This document shows positions 38,160-51,442 of a stretch of 64,000 nt of DNA, piece by piece. Origin of the DNA: an uncultured Chloroflexia bacterium (lineage in GTDB: Bacteria; Chloroflexota; Limnocylindria; Limnocylindrales; CSP1-4); contig CAVTHS010000007.1 in assembly GCA_963734535.1 (NCBI GenBank), positions 32,001 through 96,000 on the forward strand, read 5' to 3'. The notes under the pieces were generated by a model. The model had not been told where the DNA came from. It did no database searches and was given only the letters and a program-made list of their open reading frames with translations. The translations under genes were made by a program, and so were the position numbers. The first letter of the stretch is position 1. Every line of letters begins with the position of its first letter.

Positions 38160-41100
38160 ATGGGTCATTCGCGATTCGGCCGCCCGCGGAGGGCGCTCCG
38201 CAGGCTGGGGTCCCTGCTCGCGGCCGGCATGCTGGCTGGCTCGCAGCTCCTCGTGCCGGTGACGCAGGCCGCCGCGATCCCGACCGCCGCCCCGGCTGCG
38301 GCAACGGCTCCGGCAGCGCCCACGACGCCCGATCCTTCACCTGCGCGTGGAGAGCGCCCGCCAGTGGATCCCGTCCGGCCTCAACAAGGGCGACGCGATC
38401 CCGAAGTACCACTGGCTCGTGGTCCAGGACGACACCGGCGACCCGACGCACTACGGCACGCAAGCCTGGGCGCCGCCGACGATCACCAAGAACTCGAACT
38501 ACGCCTGGACGCCGCAGAGTCCCGGGCGGCGATCCGGCGTACCCGGCCAACTGCCAGTGGCCCGCGATCCACTCGGCCAAGGGCGGCACGAGCGCCGAGG
38601 TCGTCGCCCAGGGCGACGAGACCACGCTCAACGAGACGACCGGCATCGACACGACGAGCTGGCCGGCCAACGATCACAACCCGAACCGCAGCTACATGAT
38701 CTCGGTCATGGCCGACGGCTATGACGTGCCGGGCTGCACCGTCAGCTCCGACCGTCACCTGCCACGTCGACGGCTTCAAGATCGACGGCGCCTGGTTCAG
38801 CCTGCCCCGGTCGACAACGAACGGCACTCGGTGACCGTGGACATGCAGCCCTACCCGCTGCCGTTGACCACCGTGCGCATGCAGGTCTGGAACGACCTGC
38901 AGACGAACGGCGCCTACGACACCGGCGAGCCCGTCCTGCCGGGCTTCGAAGGCCACATCGACGACGTGCTCGCGCCGGTCACGACCGACTGGTACGGCAA
39001 CCCGATCTGCACCACCTACCAGCACGACGGCACCGGCCTGATGCTGTTTGGCACCGATGGCAAGCCGCTCATCCAGACCGGTCGGCGGCCACTGCCTGAG
39101 CGACGCCAACGGCGTGATCACGATCCCCTACCTCGGCCCCGACCGCTACGCGTCGACCGTCACCCCGCCGAACGGCCAGACCTGGTACCAGACCAGCACG
39201 CTCGAAGGCTGGCACGACTGGGACATCTGGTCGATCGAGGGCTGGAACGGCTACGACCCCGAGTTCGTCCAGGGCGCCGAGCCGTTCCCGTTCGCCGAGT
39301 TCGGCTTCGTCCAGACTCCAGACCGGCGCCAGCGCGACCGCCTGCTGCAACTACGCCTCGCCCGCGGCGACCGGCTCGATCAAGGGCACCGTGGTCGGCA
39401 TCGGCGAGTACGCGCCGCACGTCGGCGGGCTGACGCTTGGCGGCGGCCAGGGCAAGCACATCATCGAGAACATCAAGCAGCCGCTGATCTCGCTGATCGA
39501 CACCGGCCGCGACGACAACACGGTCTACGTGGGCCGCGGCAACGCCGACGGCACGTTCCAGATCACCAACATCCCCGACGGCGACTACGTCCTGACGTTC
39601 TGGGATGAGGACCAGGCGTACCTGCTCACCCAGGCGAACGTCAGCATCGTCAACGGCCAGGCGCTCGACATGGGCGTGCTCGACGTGGCCGCCTGGCACA
39701 GCCAGGTCTACGGCAAGGTCTGCAACGACACCAACCGCAACGGCAAGTGCGATCCGGGCGAGCCCGGCATCCCGGGCCTGCTCCTGAACCTGCTCGGCCG
39801 CGACAACTCCGTCGCAGTTCTACGGCGACAACACGGCCACCACCGACAGCAACGGCAACTACAGCTTCCCGCGCACCTACCCGCTCGGCCAGTGGGTGGT
39901 GACCCAGGGCTACTGGGAGCAGTTCTACACGGTCGGCGTCACCTACCAGACGGAGAACCAGCCGACCGAGACGACGGTCATGGCCAACGGCGGCTTCGTG
40001 GACGTCAGCTCCTACAACCTGATCGGGCACCAGACCCGCATGGACTGGGCGGTCCACACGTACGAGACCCCGGCGAACGCGAGCCTCGGCCCGACGAACG
40101 GCGGCATCGTGGGCGAGGTCGTGGCCACGACGACGCGCAACGAGCTCGACGCCCGCTTCCAGGCGATCGAGTCCTACGAGCCCGGCCTGCCCGGCGCCAC
40201 CGTGCACCTGTATGCGCCGGTCAAGTGCGTCCCGACCGACGCCGACGACGATCCCGGCCGGCACGAACTGCACGCAGGAGACGACGGCCTTCGGGTCGAC
40301 CTACTACCTGACCGACGCCGCCGACGGATCGATCAAGCGGCTGTCCGACGGCCCGGATAAGGTCAGCGGCAACCCGATCGACCTGTACGACGCCCTACAC
40401 CAGCGAGACCTGGCTGCGGCCGACCGACTGCGTCGCGCGCGGCGCCGATGGCACCCCGGTCGTCGAGCAGGTGCTGCCGCCCTCGACCGGCGGGCACGAC
40501 TGCCTCGAGGCGCCGCTCATGTCGAGCCAGGTGGGCGACAACAGCGTCGGCGACTTCATGCAGGTCAACGGCAACTACGGCTTCACCGCCATCGACCACG
40601 ACCCGACCACGGGCGCCGCTGATCGCCGAAGAGACGATCCCGCCGGGCGACTACCTGGTGCAGGTCGATGCGCCGGCCGATGCCAACGGCAGGCCGGCCT
40701 ACGAGGTGGTCGAAGGAAGAGGACATCAACATCTTCTCGGGCGACTCGTTCGTCGCCCCCGGCGAGACGCCGCTCAACCCGCCGCTGCCCAACCGCACGC
40801 CCGCCGGCGACGGTGGCTCCGGCGATCCCGCCCTTCCCGTGCGCGGGCCCGCTGCACACGGTCAACGTCGTCAACGACTGGTCGCTGGCGAACTTCAGCG
40901 CGCTGAATCCCGCGACCACGCAGGGCGTCTACAACCCGGACATGGTCGACGGCGGCGGCAGCCCGTACGAGGGCCATGAAGATGCCGCTGTGCGACACCC
41001 GGCTGGTGACCGTGCGCAACGGCCGCTCGGCCACGCCCAACTTCCACTTCAAGACCTTCAGCGGCTTCGACGCCGCGGGCAATGCGCTCCCGGCCGGCGC

Positions 41101-44100
41101 CGGCGTCCCGCTGCCGGGCCGCATCTTCGGCATCGCGGTCGACGACCTGAACCTGTCGATCAACCCGAAGGAGCTGTTCTACGGCGAGAAGTACGGCATC
41201 CCCAACCTGCCGATCGGCATCTACGACTTCTCGAACCGGCTGGTCAAGACCATCCAGACCGACCCGCAGGGCGCAGTACGAGGTCATCCTGCCCTCGACT
41301 TCCAGCTACAACTGCCCGCTGCCGGCCGGTCCGTGCCCGGGCATCTACCGCTTCCTGGCGAACGATCCCGGCCAGCCCGGGCATCTGAACCCGGGCTACA
41401 ACCCGGCCTACCGCACGATCGGCGGCTTCTTCGAGGTGTGGCCGGGCGTCAGCCTGCCCTCCGACCTGGCGCCGACGCCGGTCGCGTTCGGGATCGAGAA
41501 CCCGGCACGCAGCAGACGCATCCGGCGGCCTGCCTGCTGAACGATCCCGCGCAGCCGACGGCGCCCAAGGTGCCCGAGCTGTTCGCCATCAACAAGCCGT
41601 TCGTGCGCAACACGCGACACGGGCGCGGCGCGCAGCATCACCCTCAACGGCCAGTACTTCGGCGCCGCGCCGGGACGGTCACGCGTGACCAGCGTCGACG
41701 GCAGCCACGACACTGACCATCGCACTCGTGGAGCGACACGCCAGATCACGTTCACGGTGCCCCGACACGGTCCGGGAGCAGTCCCGGCCGGCCCGCACCA
41801 GCTGAAGATCACGGGCGGCCAACGGCCAGACCACCGTCAACGGCCTGACCTTCCACGTGCTGGGCGGCACGGCTCGAGCGCCTACAACCCGACCGTCTAC
41901 GAAGTCGGGCCCGGCCGACAGGACCTACGATCCAACTGCGGCCAACCGCAACACGCGGCGGCTACGAGCACGCCATCCAGGACGCGCTGGATGCCGCGGC
42001 GGCCAGCTCGACAGGCCCTGGTCGTCGTCTATCCGGGCCCGACCGACACCGTTCAACCCGTTCGGCTCGTACTTCGAGAACCTCGATCATCCACTCGCCG
42101 GTCAAGCTGCAGGGCGTGGGCCCGGGCGGCATCTACGCCGACGGCACGTACGTGCCCGGCACCGTGCTCGACGGCCTCGGCTACGGGACCGACGGCGCGC
42201 GCGAGACCGGCTGGCAGGCCACGCTGGCCTGCCAGTCGGGACGATCATCGGCCCGAACAACGCGCCCGCTCGATCCCGACGACGGTCGCGCCGCCCGAGG
42301 GCGAGGTCATCCTGGCCGTCGCCACCAGCACGACCCAGTATGGCGTCGTCCTACAAGGCCGCGATCGACGGCCTGCTGATCCAGAACGGCGACGTGATGG
42401 ACTTCGTGCCGAACGTCAACACCCTGGGCAACGGCGCGCAGGTCGGCGGCGGCAACAACACGCCGACCAACCCGAACCAGGGCGGCGGCATCGTGGCCTT
42501 CGCCTCGACGCGATACCTGCAGATCACCAACAACATCATCAAGAGCAACGCCGGCGCCTACGCCGGCGCCATCCGCCTGGGCACGCCGCTGGTGGGCGAC
42601 AACCACCTGGACGGCGCCCACATCGCCAACAACCGCATCCTCAACAACGGCGGCACCAACCTGGCCGGCGCGGTCGGGCATCTTCAACGGCGCCTACGGC
42701 TACGAGATCAACAACAACGACCTGTGCGGCAACTTCTCGTCCGAGTATGGCGGCGGCATCAGCCACTTCGGCCTGACCGGCAACCTGCGACTGCGAACGG
42801 CAACCGCTCGACGAGCGGCACGCCGTCCGAGCATCCACGACAACCGCATCTACTTCAACGGCTCGTACGACGAAGGCGGCGGCGTGATCATCGCCGGCGA
42901 ACCGCCGGCGACCTCGACCAGCCTTCGGCGCCGGCGCCGGCCCGGTCAACATCTACAACAACCTGATCGAGGCCAACCTGGCCAACGACGACGGCGGCGG
43001 CCTGCGCTTCCTGACGGCGGGCAACTTCCCGTACAACGTCTACAACAACATGATCGTGAACAACATCTCCACGCACGAAGGCGGCGGCGTGGCGATCGAC
43101 AACGCGCCCAACGTGCGCTTCTACAACAACACGGTCATGAAGAACCTGACCACGGCCACCGCGGCGACCAGCAACGGCCAGCCCGCGCCGGCCGGCCTGT
43201 CGACCGCGCGTCGAACAACGACTTCCTGCAGGCGACCCTGCCCGCCGGCTCGCCGCTCTACAGCAACCCGCTGATGTTCAACAACATCTTCTGGGACAAC
43301 CGGGCGGGCACCTGGGACGGCGCGCAACGTCGTCGGCATCGGCGGCCTGGTCTGGTCGAGCGGCGTGCAGGTCCCGACCCGACCCCGATCAATCACTGGG
43401 ACATGGGCGTGCCGGGCACGAGCTTCCAGCTCGCGCCGACCAACTCGATCCTGCAGACGCGAGACGACCAACCACAACGATGTCGTCGCCAGCCCGACCA
43501 ACAAGGTGCGATCAGGACCCGCTGATCAACGCGCCCTACGACACGTCGGTCACGGGCCTGCCCTGGCGCGGCAACCCGAACTTCGTGGCCAACGTGATCG
43601 TGGCGCAGGATGTGCCGGTGACGATCATGGGCGACTACCACCTGAGTGGCACGGGCTCGCCGGCCTTCAACGCTGGGCGCGGCTTCCAAGGCCGCGCCGC
43701 CTACCAGCAGCCGCCGCGACCATCGCCGCCCCGACGTTCGACATCGACAACCAGGCACGCCCGGCGCTCGGCGGCTTCGACAGCGGCGCGGACGAGTTCC
43801 CCGGCGCGCAGGCCGATCTCTCGATCACCAAGACCGATGGGCAGACCAGCGTCACGCCGGGCGCGGTCGTCAACTACACCATCGTCGTCGCCAATGCCGG
43901 CCCGAGCGCCGTCGCCCTGGCGCCCGTGACCGACAACGTTCCCGGCCGCGCTCACCGGCGTGACCTGGACCTGTACGGCCCCGGCCGGCTCGAGCTGCGG
44001 CGCAGCCAGCGGCACCGGCAACATCAACACGACGGTGACGCTGCCGGCCGGCGGCAGCGCCACCTTCACCGCTGAACGGCACGGTCGCCGCGAACGCGAG

Positions 44101-44784
44101 CGGCACGCTGGCCAACACGGCCACGGTGGCGGCACCGGCCGGCACGACCGACACGAACACGGCCAACAACAGCGCGACCGACACCGACCGATCGTCGCTC
44201 CCGCTGCCGGCGCTCGGCGGTGCTCGACAACTTCAACCGGGCCAACGCGAACACGCTCGGCGCAACTGGAGCCAGGGACGCTCCTCGGCTGGCGCGGCCG
44301 ATCCGGGTCAACAGCAACCAGGCCTTCGCACACGTTGCGTGCCGGCGGCCAGGCGATCTGGAACGTCCCGACCGGCGCGGCTTCGGCGCCCGGCAGGGCG
44401 CGGCCTTCACCTTCGCCAACACCGACCGGCTGAACGACGCCGGCCCTGATCCTGAAGGCGAGCGGCGGCTACGGCCACGACTCCGGCGAACTTCATCCGG
44501 GTGCGCTACAACGCGGGCCAGGTGACGGTCGCGACGACGACCAACAGCGGACTCACGCCTGACGACGCGGCGGCACGTTCGCGGCGACCTTCGCGTCCGG
44601 CGACACGTTGAGCGCGGTGGCGAACGCCGACGGGTCGGTGTCAGACGTCGCGGCAGAACGACCACCTATCGTCGGCCGGCGTCGACGCGGCACCGACGTT
44701 CTGGACCGGGCACGCGGCCGGATCGGCATGCAGCTCCCGACCGGCGCACGGGTCGACAACTTCAGCGGCGGGACGGTGCCCTGA
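38160..44784 (+). CDS. Giant secreted protein, copy 2 (paralog of 19525..25942, with a DUF11-like domain); many frameshifts
   Basis: Same signal peptide as copy 1 and colinear motifs across frames: [70 protein letters not shown], ending [11 protein letters not shown]. Confidence 0.75.
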
Positions 44785-44972
44785 TCGGTGCCGAGCCAAG
44801 CGGGGGCCGTCACGGCCCCCAGGCCGCTCCACCCGAGCCAGCGCAGGCGCCGGGAGCGTCGACGCGGCGCTCCCCGGGCAGGCCTGACCGCAGTGAGACC
44901 AGGCAGCGCGGCGCCAGGCGCGACCGGCCACCAGCCCGGCAGTCGTCGGCAGGCCCGCTTCAGGAGAACACG

Positions 44973-46404
44973 ATGAGCAAACCACCCTTCTCCCGGAAGG
45001 TCTCCCGGCGGCAGTTCCTCAAGGTCGGCGGCACTGCGCTCGCCGCCGCGGCGGCGCGAGCCTCGGCTCCGCACTGGGCCGGCAAGGTGCTGCCAGCCGT
45101 CCTCGGCCGCCGAGGCCGCCGGCGCCGACGTCGCCCGCGCCGACCATCTACAAGCACCTGATCGGGTCCGACGGCTGGATCTCCATCCCATGGGGACCAT
45201 CACGAACGAGCTGGGAGCTGTCGTCGCCCCCGATGCGCTCGCGCCCGCGGGGCGAACCACCTACGTGTTCGGCTTCCGCGACGTGACGGTGCTGGACGCC
45301 CCCGGCCCCACGCCGGGCACGACGACCGAGCCCCGGATCCTGGCGCAGAAGGGCCACGTCCAGCACTCGGCGCCGCTGATCTTCTTCGACGAGAACGACG
45401 CCATCCAGATCACGCTGAGCAACCTGGGCCTGGCCGTGCGGCCCGACCTGACCGACCCGCACACCATCCACTGGCACGGCTTCCGCAACGCCCTGCCGAT
45501 CTTCGACGGCGTGCCGGAGATGTCGATCTCGGTGGCGCCCGGGAGCGACTTCCCGTACTACTATCACCCGACCGATCCCGGCACCTACATGTACCACTGC
45601 CACAACGAGGACGTCGAGCACGTGCAGATGGGCATGGACGGCATCGTCTTCGTGCGGCCGGCGCAGAACAAGACCGGCAACGGCGCCGGGGCTCCGGTCG
45701 CCCGCTACAACGGCGGGGCCGCCGGCGCCGCTGGGCTACGTCTACAACGACGGCGTGGCGCTCGGCGACCCGCGCTCGACGGCCTACGACCGCGAGTTCG
45801 CCATCTTCCTCAACGAGTTCTGGGCGCAGTCGCACTACGACGACGCCCACATCCAGGTGAGCGACTGGAGCGACTTCCACGCCGACTTCTACCTGATGAA
45901 CGGCCGCTCCTATCCCGACACGCTCGCGCCCAACGGCGGCGGCACCGACCTGACGCACCGGCGACCTGATCGCGCCGGCCGGCCGCCCGGACCTGGAGTC
46001 CCAGCCGATCTCGTCGCTGATCCAGTGCAACGCCGGCGACCGGGTGCTGCTGCGCTTCGTCAACCTGGGCTACACCCAGCCGGCCATGAAGCTGACCGGC
46101 ATCCCCATGCACGTGGTCGGCAAGGATGCCACGCCGCTGCGCGGCATCGGCACCGGCGGGCTGCGCAACGGCGCCGACACGAGCTACATCACCGACACGA
46201 TCTACCTGGGCGCGGGCGAGAGCTACGACGCGATCTTCACCGCGCCGCCCAAGACCGGCGCCGGCTACGACACCTACCTGCTCTTCAACAACGCGCTCGG
46301 CGCGCTCAACACAGCCGGGCGGCGCCGGGCTGGGCGGGCAGATGACCGAAGTGCGCGTTTACGCCGCCGGCACCCTGCCGGCCCAGACGGCGCCCAACAC
46401 GTGA
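44973..46404 (+). CDS. Multicopper-oxidase-like subunit A2 (Tat); frameshifted
   Basis: SRRQFLK Tat motif, HTIHWHG, YHCHNEDVEHVQMGM; domain 2 degenerate (PAMKLTG, YLLFNN). Confidence 0.8.
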
Positions 46405-46417
46405 TCCATGAAAGGAG

Positions 46418-47779
46418 ATGACGGACATGCGCACCACTTCGTACGCAAGATGGGTTCGACTATCGGTCGGCGCTGGCGCGTGCTGCGCCATCCTGGTCGC
46501 TCGAGCTGCCGGCAGCGCGCCGCCAGTGGCCGCCGCGGCGACGGCCGTCTTCGGGCATCCTGTGCACCACCAGCAGCAGCCCGAACGCGAGCTTCTCGCT
46601 GACGGCGAGCGCCGACTACATCAGCATGCCGGACGGCAACTCGATCTACACCTGGAGCTACGGCCCCAGCGGCGGCGCTTTCCAGTTCCCCGGGCCGGTG
46701 CTGTGCGTCAACCAGGGCGACACGGTGACGGTGGTGCTGAACAACACGCCTGCCGGAAGCCACCTCGATCATGTTCCTGGGCATCGACAACGTCCAGGCC
46801 AACGGCGCCCCGGCCCAGCCGGAGTTCAGCGGCAGCGACGCCTGACCTCGCTGACCAACAGCGCCGCGGCGACCGGCGGCAGCGTCACCTACAGCTTCGT
46901 GGCCAGCAACCCGGGCACCTACCTGTACGAGAGCGGCACGGACGTCGGCAAGCAGGTGCAGATGGGCCTGTACGGCGCGCTGGTCGTGCGCCCGGCCGGC
47001 CACCCCGATTGGGCCTACAGCAACGACGGCCAGGCCTTCGGCCAGTTCGACCCGACCACCGAGTTCGTCATGCTGCTCTCCGAGATCGACCCGAACCTGC
47101 ACTCGGCGGTCGAGCTGGGGCAGCCCTACGACGTGACCACCCTGCACCCGCGCTACTGGCTGATCAACGGGCGCTCCTTCCCGGACACCATCGCGCCGAA
47201 CAACGCCGCCTGGCTGCCCAACCAGCCCTACAGCTCGCTGTTCCACATCAAGGTGACTGACCCGCCGGATCCGACCCACGGCGGCGTCCATGCACCCGGC
47301 GCTGATCCGCTACCTGGACGCCGGCTCGCGCAACCACCCGTTCCACCCGCACGGGCAGAACGGGCGGGTGATCGCGCGCGATGCCACCCCGCTGATCGAC
47401 GCGGCCGGCAACGACCTCTCCTACGAGACGTTCGCCTTCACCATCGGCTCGGGCCAGACCTGGGACCAGACCTACCACTACGACAACCAGGAGCACTTCG
47501 ACGCGACCACCAACCCGATCCCGGTGACGATGCCGCAACTGCAGAACCTGACCTTCAAGGACAACGCGACCTACTACAGCGGCAGCCCCTACCTGGGGCA
47601 GAAGGGCCAGCTGCCGGTCGGCACCACGTCGTACAACGAGTGCGGCGAGTACTACATGGTCATGCACAGCCACGCGCTGTACGAGGTGGCCAACTACGAC
47701 ACCGGCTTCGGCGGCATGTTGACCCTGGAACGGATCGACCCACTGACGCCGGCGCCCGGCACCACGTGCACGCCAGTAG
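46418..47779 (+). CDS. Multicopper-oxidase-like subunit B2; frameshifted
   Basis: PGPVLCVNQGD, YLYESG, QVQMGLYG; NHPFHPHG and MHSH in domain 2; AAGGAG RBS. End inferred from a TAG just before the next RBS. Confidence 0.78.
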
Positions 47780-47788
47780 GAGACGACG

Positions 47789-50700
47789 ATGAGAACGCCC
47801 ATCCGACTACCGGGCCGCACACGGCTCCTCTCGCCGGTCATGGCGGCGGCGCTGGTCGCCGCCTGCTCGGCCGCTGGCGCAGCCGCGCCGGTGGCCGCTA
47901 GCCCGGCCCGCCTGGCTGCGGCGCCGGCACCGGCGGCCGCCGCGCCGCGGTCCCGTCACCGGGACGACCTGCTCGCCGGCCTGCGACCTCTACGCCACGA
48001 CCGGCACCGCTCACGCCTGCCGGACGGCGACCACGGCGCCGATCTGGGGCTACTCGCTGCCAGCACGCCCGGGTCGGCCAGCCTTGCCCGGCCCGCTCCT
48101 GATTGTCAACCAGGGCGATCCGGTTGCGATCACCCTGCACAACGTCGACCTGCCGAGCGCGACGTCGTTGATGATCGCGGGCCAGCCGGGCGCGCCGGAC
48201 ACGACCGGCGTCACCGCCGGCAACAGCAAGACCTACACCTTCGCGGCGGGGGTCCTGCAAGCCCGGCACCTACCTCTACGAAGCCGGGCTGACCGCCGAC
48301 GGGCCGCGCCAGGTGGCAATGGGCCTCTACGGCGCCCTGATCGTGCGCCCGACCGGCGCACCGCTCCAGGCGTACGCCGATCCCGAACACGACCTTCGCC
48401 GACGAGGCGGTGCTGGTGCTCAGCGAGGTCGACCCGGCCTTCAACGCCGCCCCGGCCACGCTTCGACATGACCGCGTTCGCCCCGAAGTACTGGCTGATC
48501 AACGGCAAGGGCTACCCCAACACCGATTCGATCGCCACGGCGGCGGGCAACACGGTCCTGCTGCGCTACGTCAACGCCGGCCTCGCAGCACCACTCGATG
48601 GGCCTGCTTGGCCTGCACCAGACGATCATCGCGACCGATGGCACAGCCGGCCACCAACCAGTCCAGGGTGGTGGCCCAGACCGTCCCGACCGGCGGCACG
48701 CTGGATACCATCGTCACCATGCCGGCCAGCTGCCCCGACGGGCACGCAGTACGCGGTGTTCGAGGCCGCGATGCACATGGACAACAACGGCGCCGCGACC
48801 GGCGGCGTCGATCAACTTCGGCGGCATGCTGACGTTCCTGACGGTCTGCGCGGGGACCACGCTCCACCGGCCGGCCCGGTCACCAGCGCGGTCAGCCTCG
48901 TCGCCCAACCCGAGCAACGGCTCGGCGGCAGTCGCCCTCACGCGCCGACGCACCTCGACCGGCGCACCTGACCGCGGCCGAGTACTTCGTCGACACGCTC
49001 GGCACGAGCGGCAGCTGGCTGCGCCGATCACCGGCTCGCTGACCAGCGTCAGCGTCACGATCCCAGTGTCCGGCGCGACGCGCTCGCCGTGCGCGGATCT
49101 GACGACGCTTTCCAGCGGCAACCACACCTTCTACGTCCATGGCCAGGACGCGAATGGCTGGGGCGCCGTTGCCTCGGCCGTGCTCAACCTGGACAAGGCC
49201 GGCCCGGCGATCAGCAACATGAGCCTGACGCCGAGCGCCGACAACGGCACCGTCGATGTCGTGCTGCAGGCGACTGCGAGCGACGTCGCGACGCGGCAAC
49301 CAGAACGTGACGGCGGCCGAGTACATTCATCGACGGCGGCACGCCAGCACGTGCGACGCTTCACGGTGGCGCCCGGCGACGACCGTGAGCCTGAACGCCA
49401 CGATCCTCGCCGCAACGGTGAACGGCCCTGAGCCGAGGGCAACCACACGGTTGCCGTCCGCGCTCAGGATGCCCTGGGCAACTGGGGTGCGCTTTGGCAC
49501 CACCACCCTGAAGGTTGACAAGACCGGGCCGGGAACCAGCGCCGTCACCGCGACCCCCAACCCGAACAACGGCACGCTCGGCGTGCAGATCGGCACGCGG
49601 CGGCGCGTTCTACGTGCGCATCGACGCGACGGTCAGCCGACCCGGTCTCACCGGTCTCGGTGGCGTCAACTCGAACATCGCCGCGGCTGAGTACTTCTTC
49701 GATTGCCCTGGCGGGACGTGTCCCGCCAACGGCACCGGCGGGGCGATGATCCCCACCGACGGCTCGTACAACAGCCCCAGCGAGGCGGCCTACGCGGCCG
49801 TCGACATGATCCACATCGCCTCCCTGTCCGTCGGCACCCACACGATCTACGTCCACGGCAAGGACGCGGCCGGCAACTGGGGCGCGACCAGCGACCATCT
49901 CGTTCCTGATCGACAAGACCCCGCCGACCTTCACGGGCATCTCGCTCGCGCCGAACCCGACCCTGGGCGCGCCACGCGTCACGCTGACGGTGAACGGAGC
50001 GGTCGACACGGGCGGCGCCGGCGTTGGTGGCGGCGAGTACTGGATCAATCCACCGACGACCACGACCCCGGCTGCGGGCAGCGGCACGCAATTCAGCGGC
50101 CTGACGGCGAGCATCCCGGTGGGCTCGCTCGCGACCGGCACGTACACCGTCAGCGCCCGGATCCGCGACGCTGCCGGCAACTGGAGCACCGGCACGGGCG
50201 GCATCCGTACCGCGACGCTTACCGTCCTTCCCGACACGATCTTCTCGAACGGCTTCGACACCGGCTTCGCCCCGTGGGGCTGGACCAGCCGGTCGACGAC
50301 CACGACGGCACGCCTCAATGCCACGGCGGCGGCCGCCCTGGTCGGCGCTCGGGGCCTCCAGGCGCAGGGCAACAGCGGCAACTACGTCCAGTTCAACTTC
50401 GGGACCGTCGCCCAACCGACGACGGCGACCTACGACGCGCGCTTCTACTTCAACCCACACAACAACGCGTCGACCGGGCAGGACATCCTGGCGGCCGCGA
50501 CGTCGAACGCCTTCACCACCCAGCTGTTCCACGTGCGCTACCGGCGCAGCGGCACCCAGCCGCAGGTGCAGGTACAGGTGGGCGCCACCGCCAACGCTGC
50601 GTGGGTGAACATCACCAACAACGCCAGCAACCGCATCGAGGTCGTCTGGCAGTCCGGCGCGAGCCTCCAGCTGACCGTCAACGGCACGCTGTCCCAGACC

Positions 50701-50829
50701 CTGACCGCCGGCACGGGCTCCGTGTCCGCCGTTCGCCTGGGCTCTGTGACTTCCGGCGGCAGCAACACCCTCATGTACTTCGACGCCTTCGCCTCCAAGC
50801 GATCGGTGTCGCCGCTCATCGGGCCGTAG
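47789..50829 (+). CDS. Multicopper-oxidase-like subunit C2 with Ig-like repeats and shared C-terminal domain; frameshifted
   Basis: PGPLLIVNQGD, YLYEAG, QVAMGLYG, YWLING, HTIYVHGKDAAGNWG; ends YFDAFASKRSVSPLIGP. Confidence 0.78.
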
Positions 50830-50848
50830 TCCCAAGCACCTCGCACGC

Positions 50849-50884
50849 GGGGCCGGCCGGCCACCCGACACGCCGGCCGGCCCC
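50849..50884 (+). terminator. Stem-loop after C2
   Basis: 13-bp inverted repeat ggggccggccggc / gccggccggcccc; no U-tract. Confidence 0.45.
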
Positions 50885-50941
50885 GCCACCCCGTTCACTC
50901 AACGCAATCGCCTTCCACGGCACCAACCGGAGGAGCTTTCC

Positions 50942-51430
50942 ATGGCCGAGTCGGCCGTCCTTCCAGCACTGCGGGGGCGCTTCGGAAGCGTCCCGGGCGC
51001 GATCGTCCCCTTCGCCGGCGCGCTTGCGCTGCTCGCCGCGGTGATCGCCCTGGGCCTCACCCTGCGCGCTCCCGCCGCACCCGCCGGGACACCGATCCCG
51101 CCGAATCCCGCCGTCGAGACCAAGTGGGGGGTCAGGGTCAGCCAGGTGGCGGTAACCGCGGACGGTGGTCTCGTCGACTTCCGCTTCATCGTCCTCGACC
51201 CGGACAAGGCGTCCGAGATGCTCTCGAACGTCGACAACCTGCCCGTGCTCCGCGTGGACGGCTCGGGCGTCGTCGTCAACTCCACCGCACAGATGGGCGG
51301 CCACCCGACCCTCCGGCCCGGTCAGACCTACTTCCTCCTCTACCGCGACGCGGGTGGCGCGATCAAGAGCGGCACCTCCCTCAGCGTCCTGTTCGGCGAT
51401 CTCGCGATCGACCACGTGATCGCCCGCTGA
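50942..51430 (+). CDS. Single-TM anchored hypothetical protein D2
   Basis: WGVRVSQVAVTADGGLVDFRFIVLDPDKA...YFLLYRDAGG; paralog of 31731..32312; GGAGGAG RBS. Confidence 0.8.
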   Translation: MAESAVLPALRGRFGSVPGAIVPFAGALALLAAVIALGLTLRAPAAPAGTPIPPNPAVETKWGVRVSQVAVTADGGLVDFRFIVLDPDKASEMLSNVDNLPVLRVDGSGVVVNSTAQMGGHPTLRPGQTYFLLYRDAGGAIKSGTSLSVLFGDLAIDHVIAR

Positions 51431-51442
51431 CGGTGTGATCCG

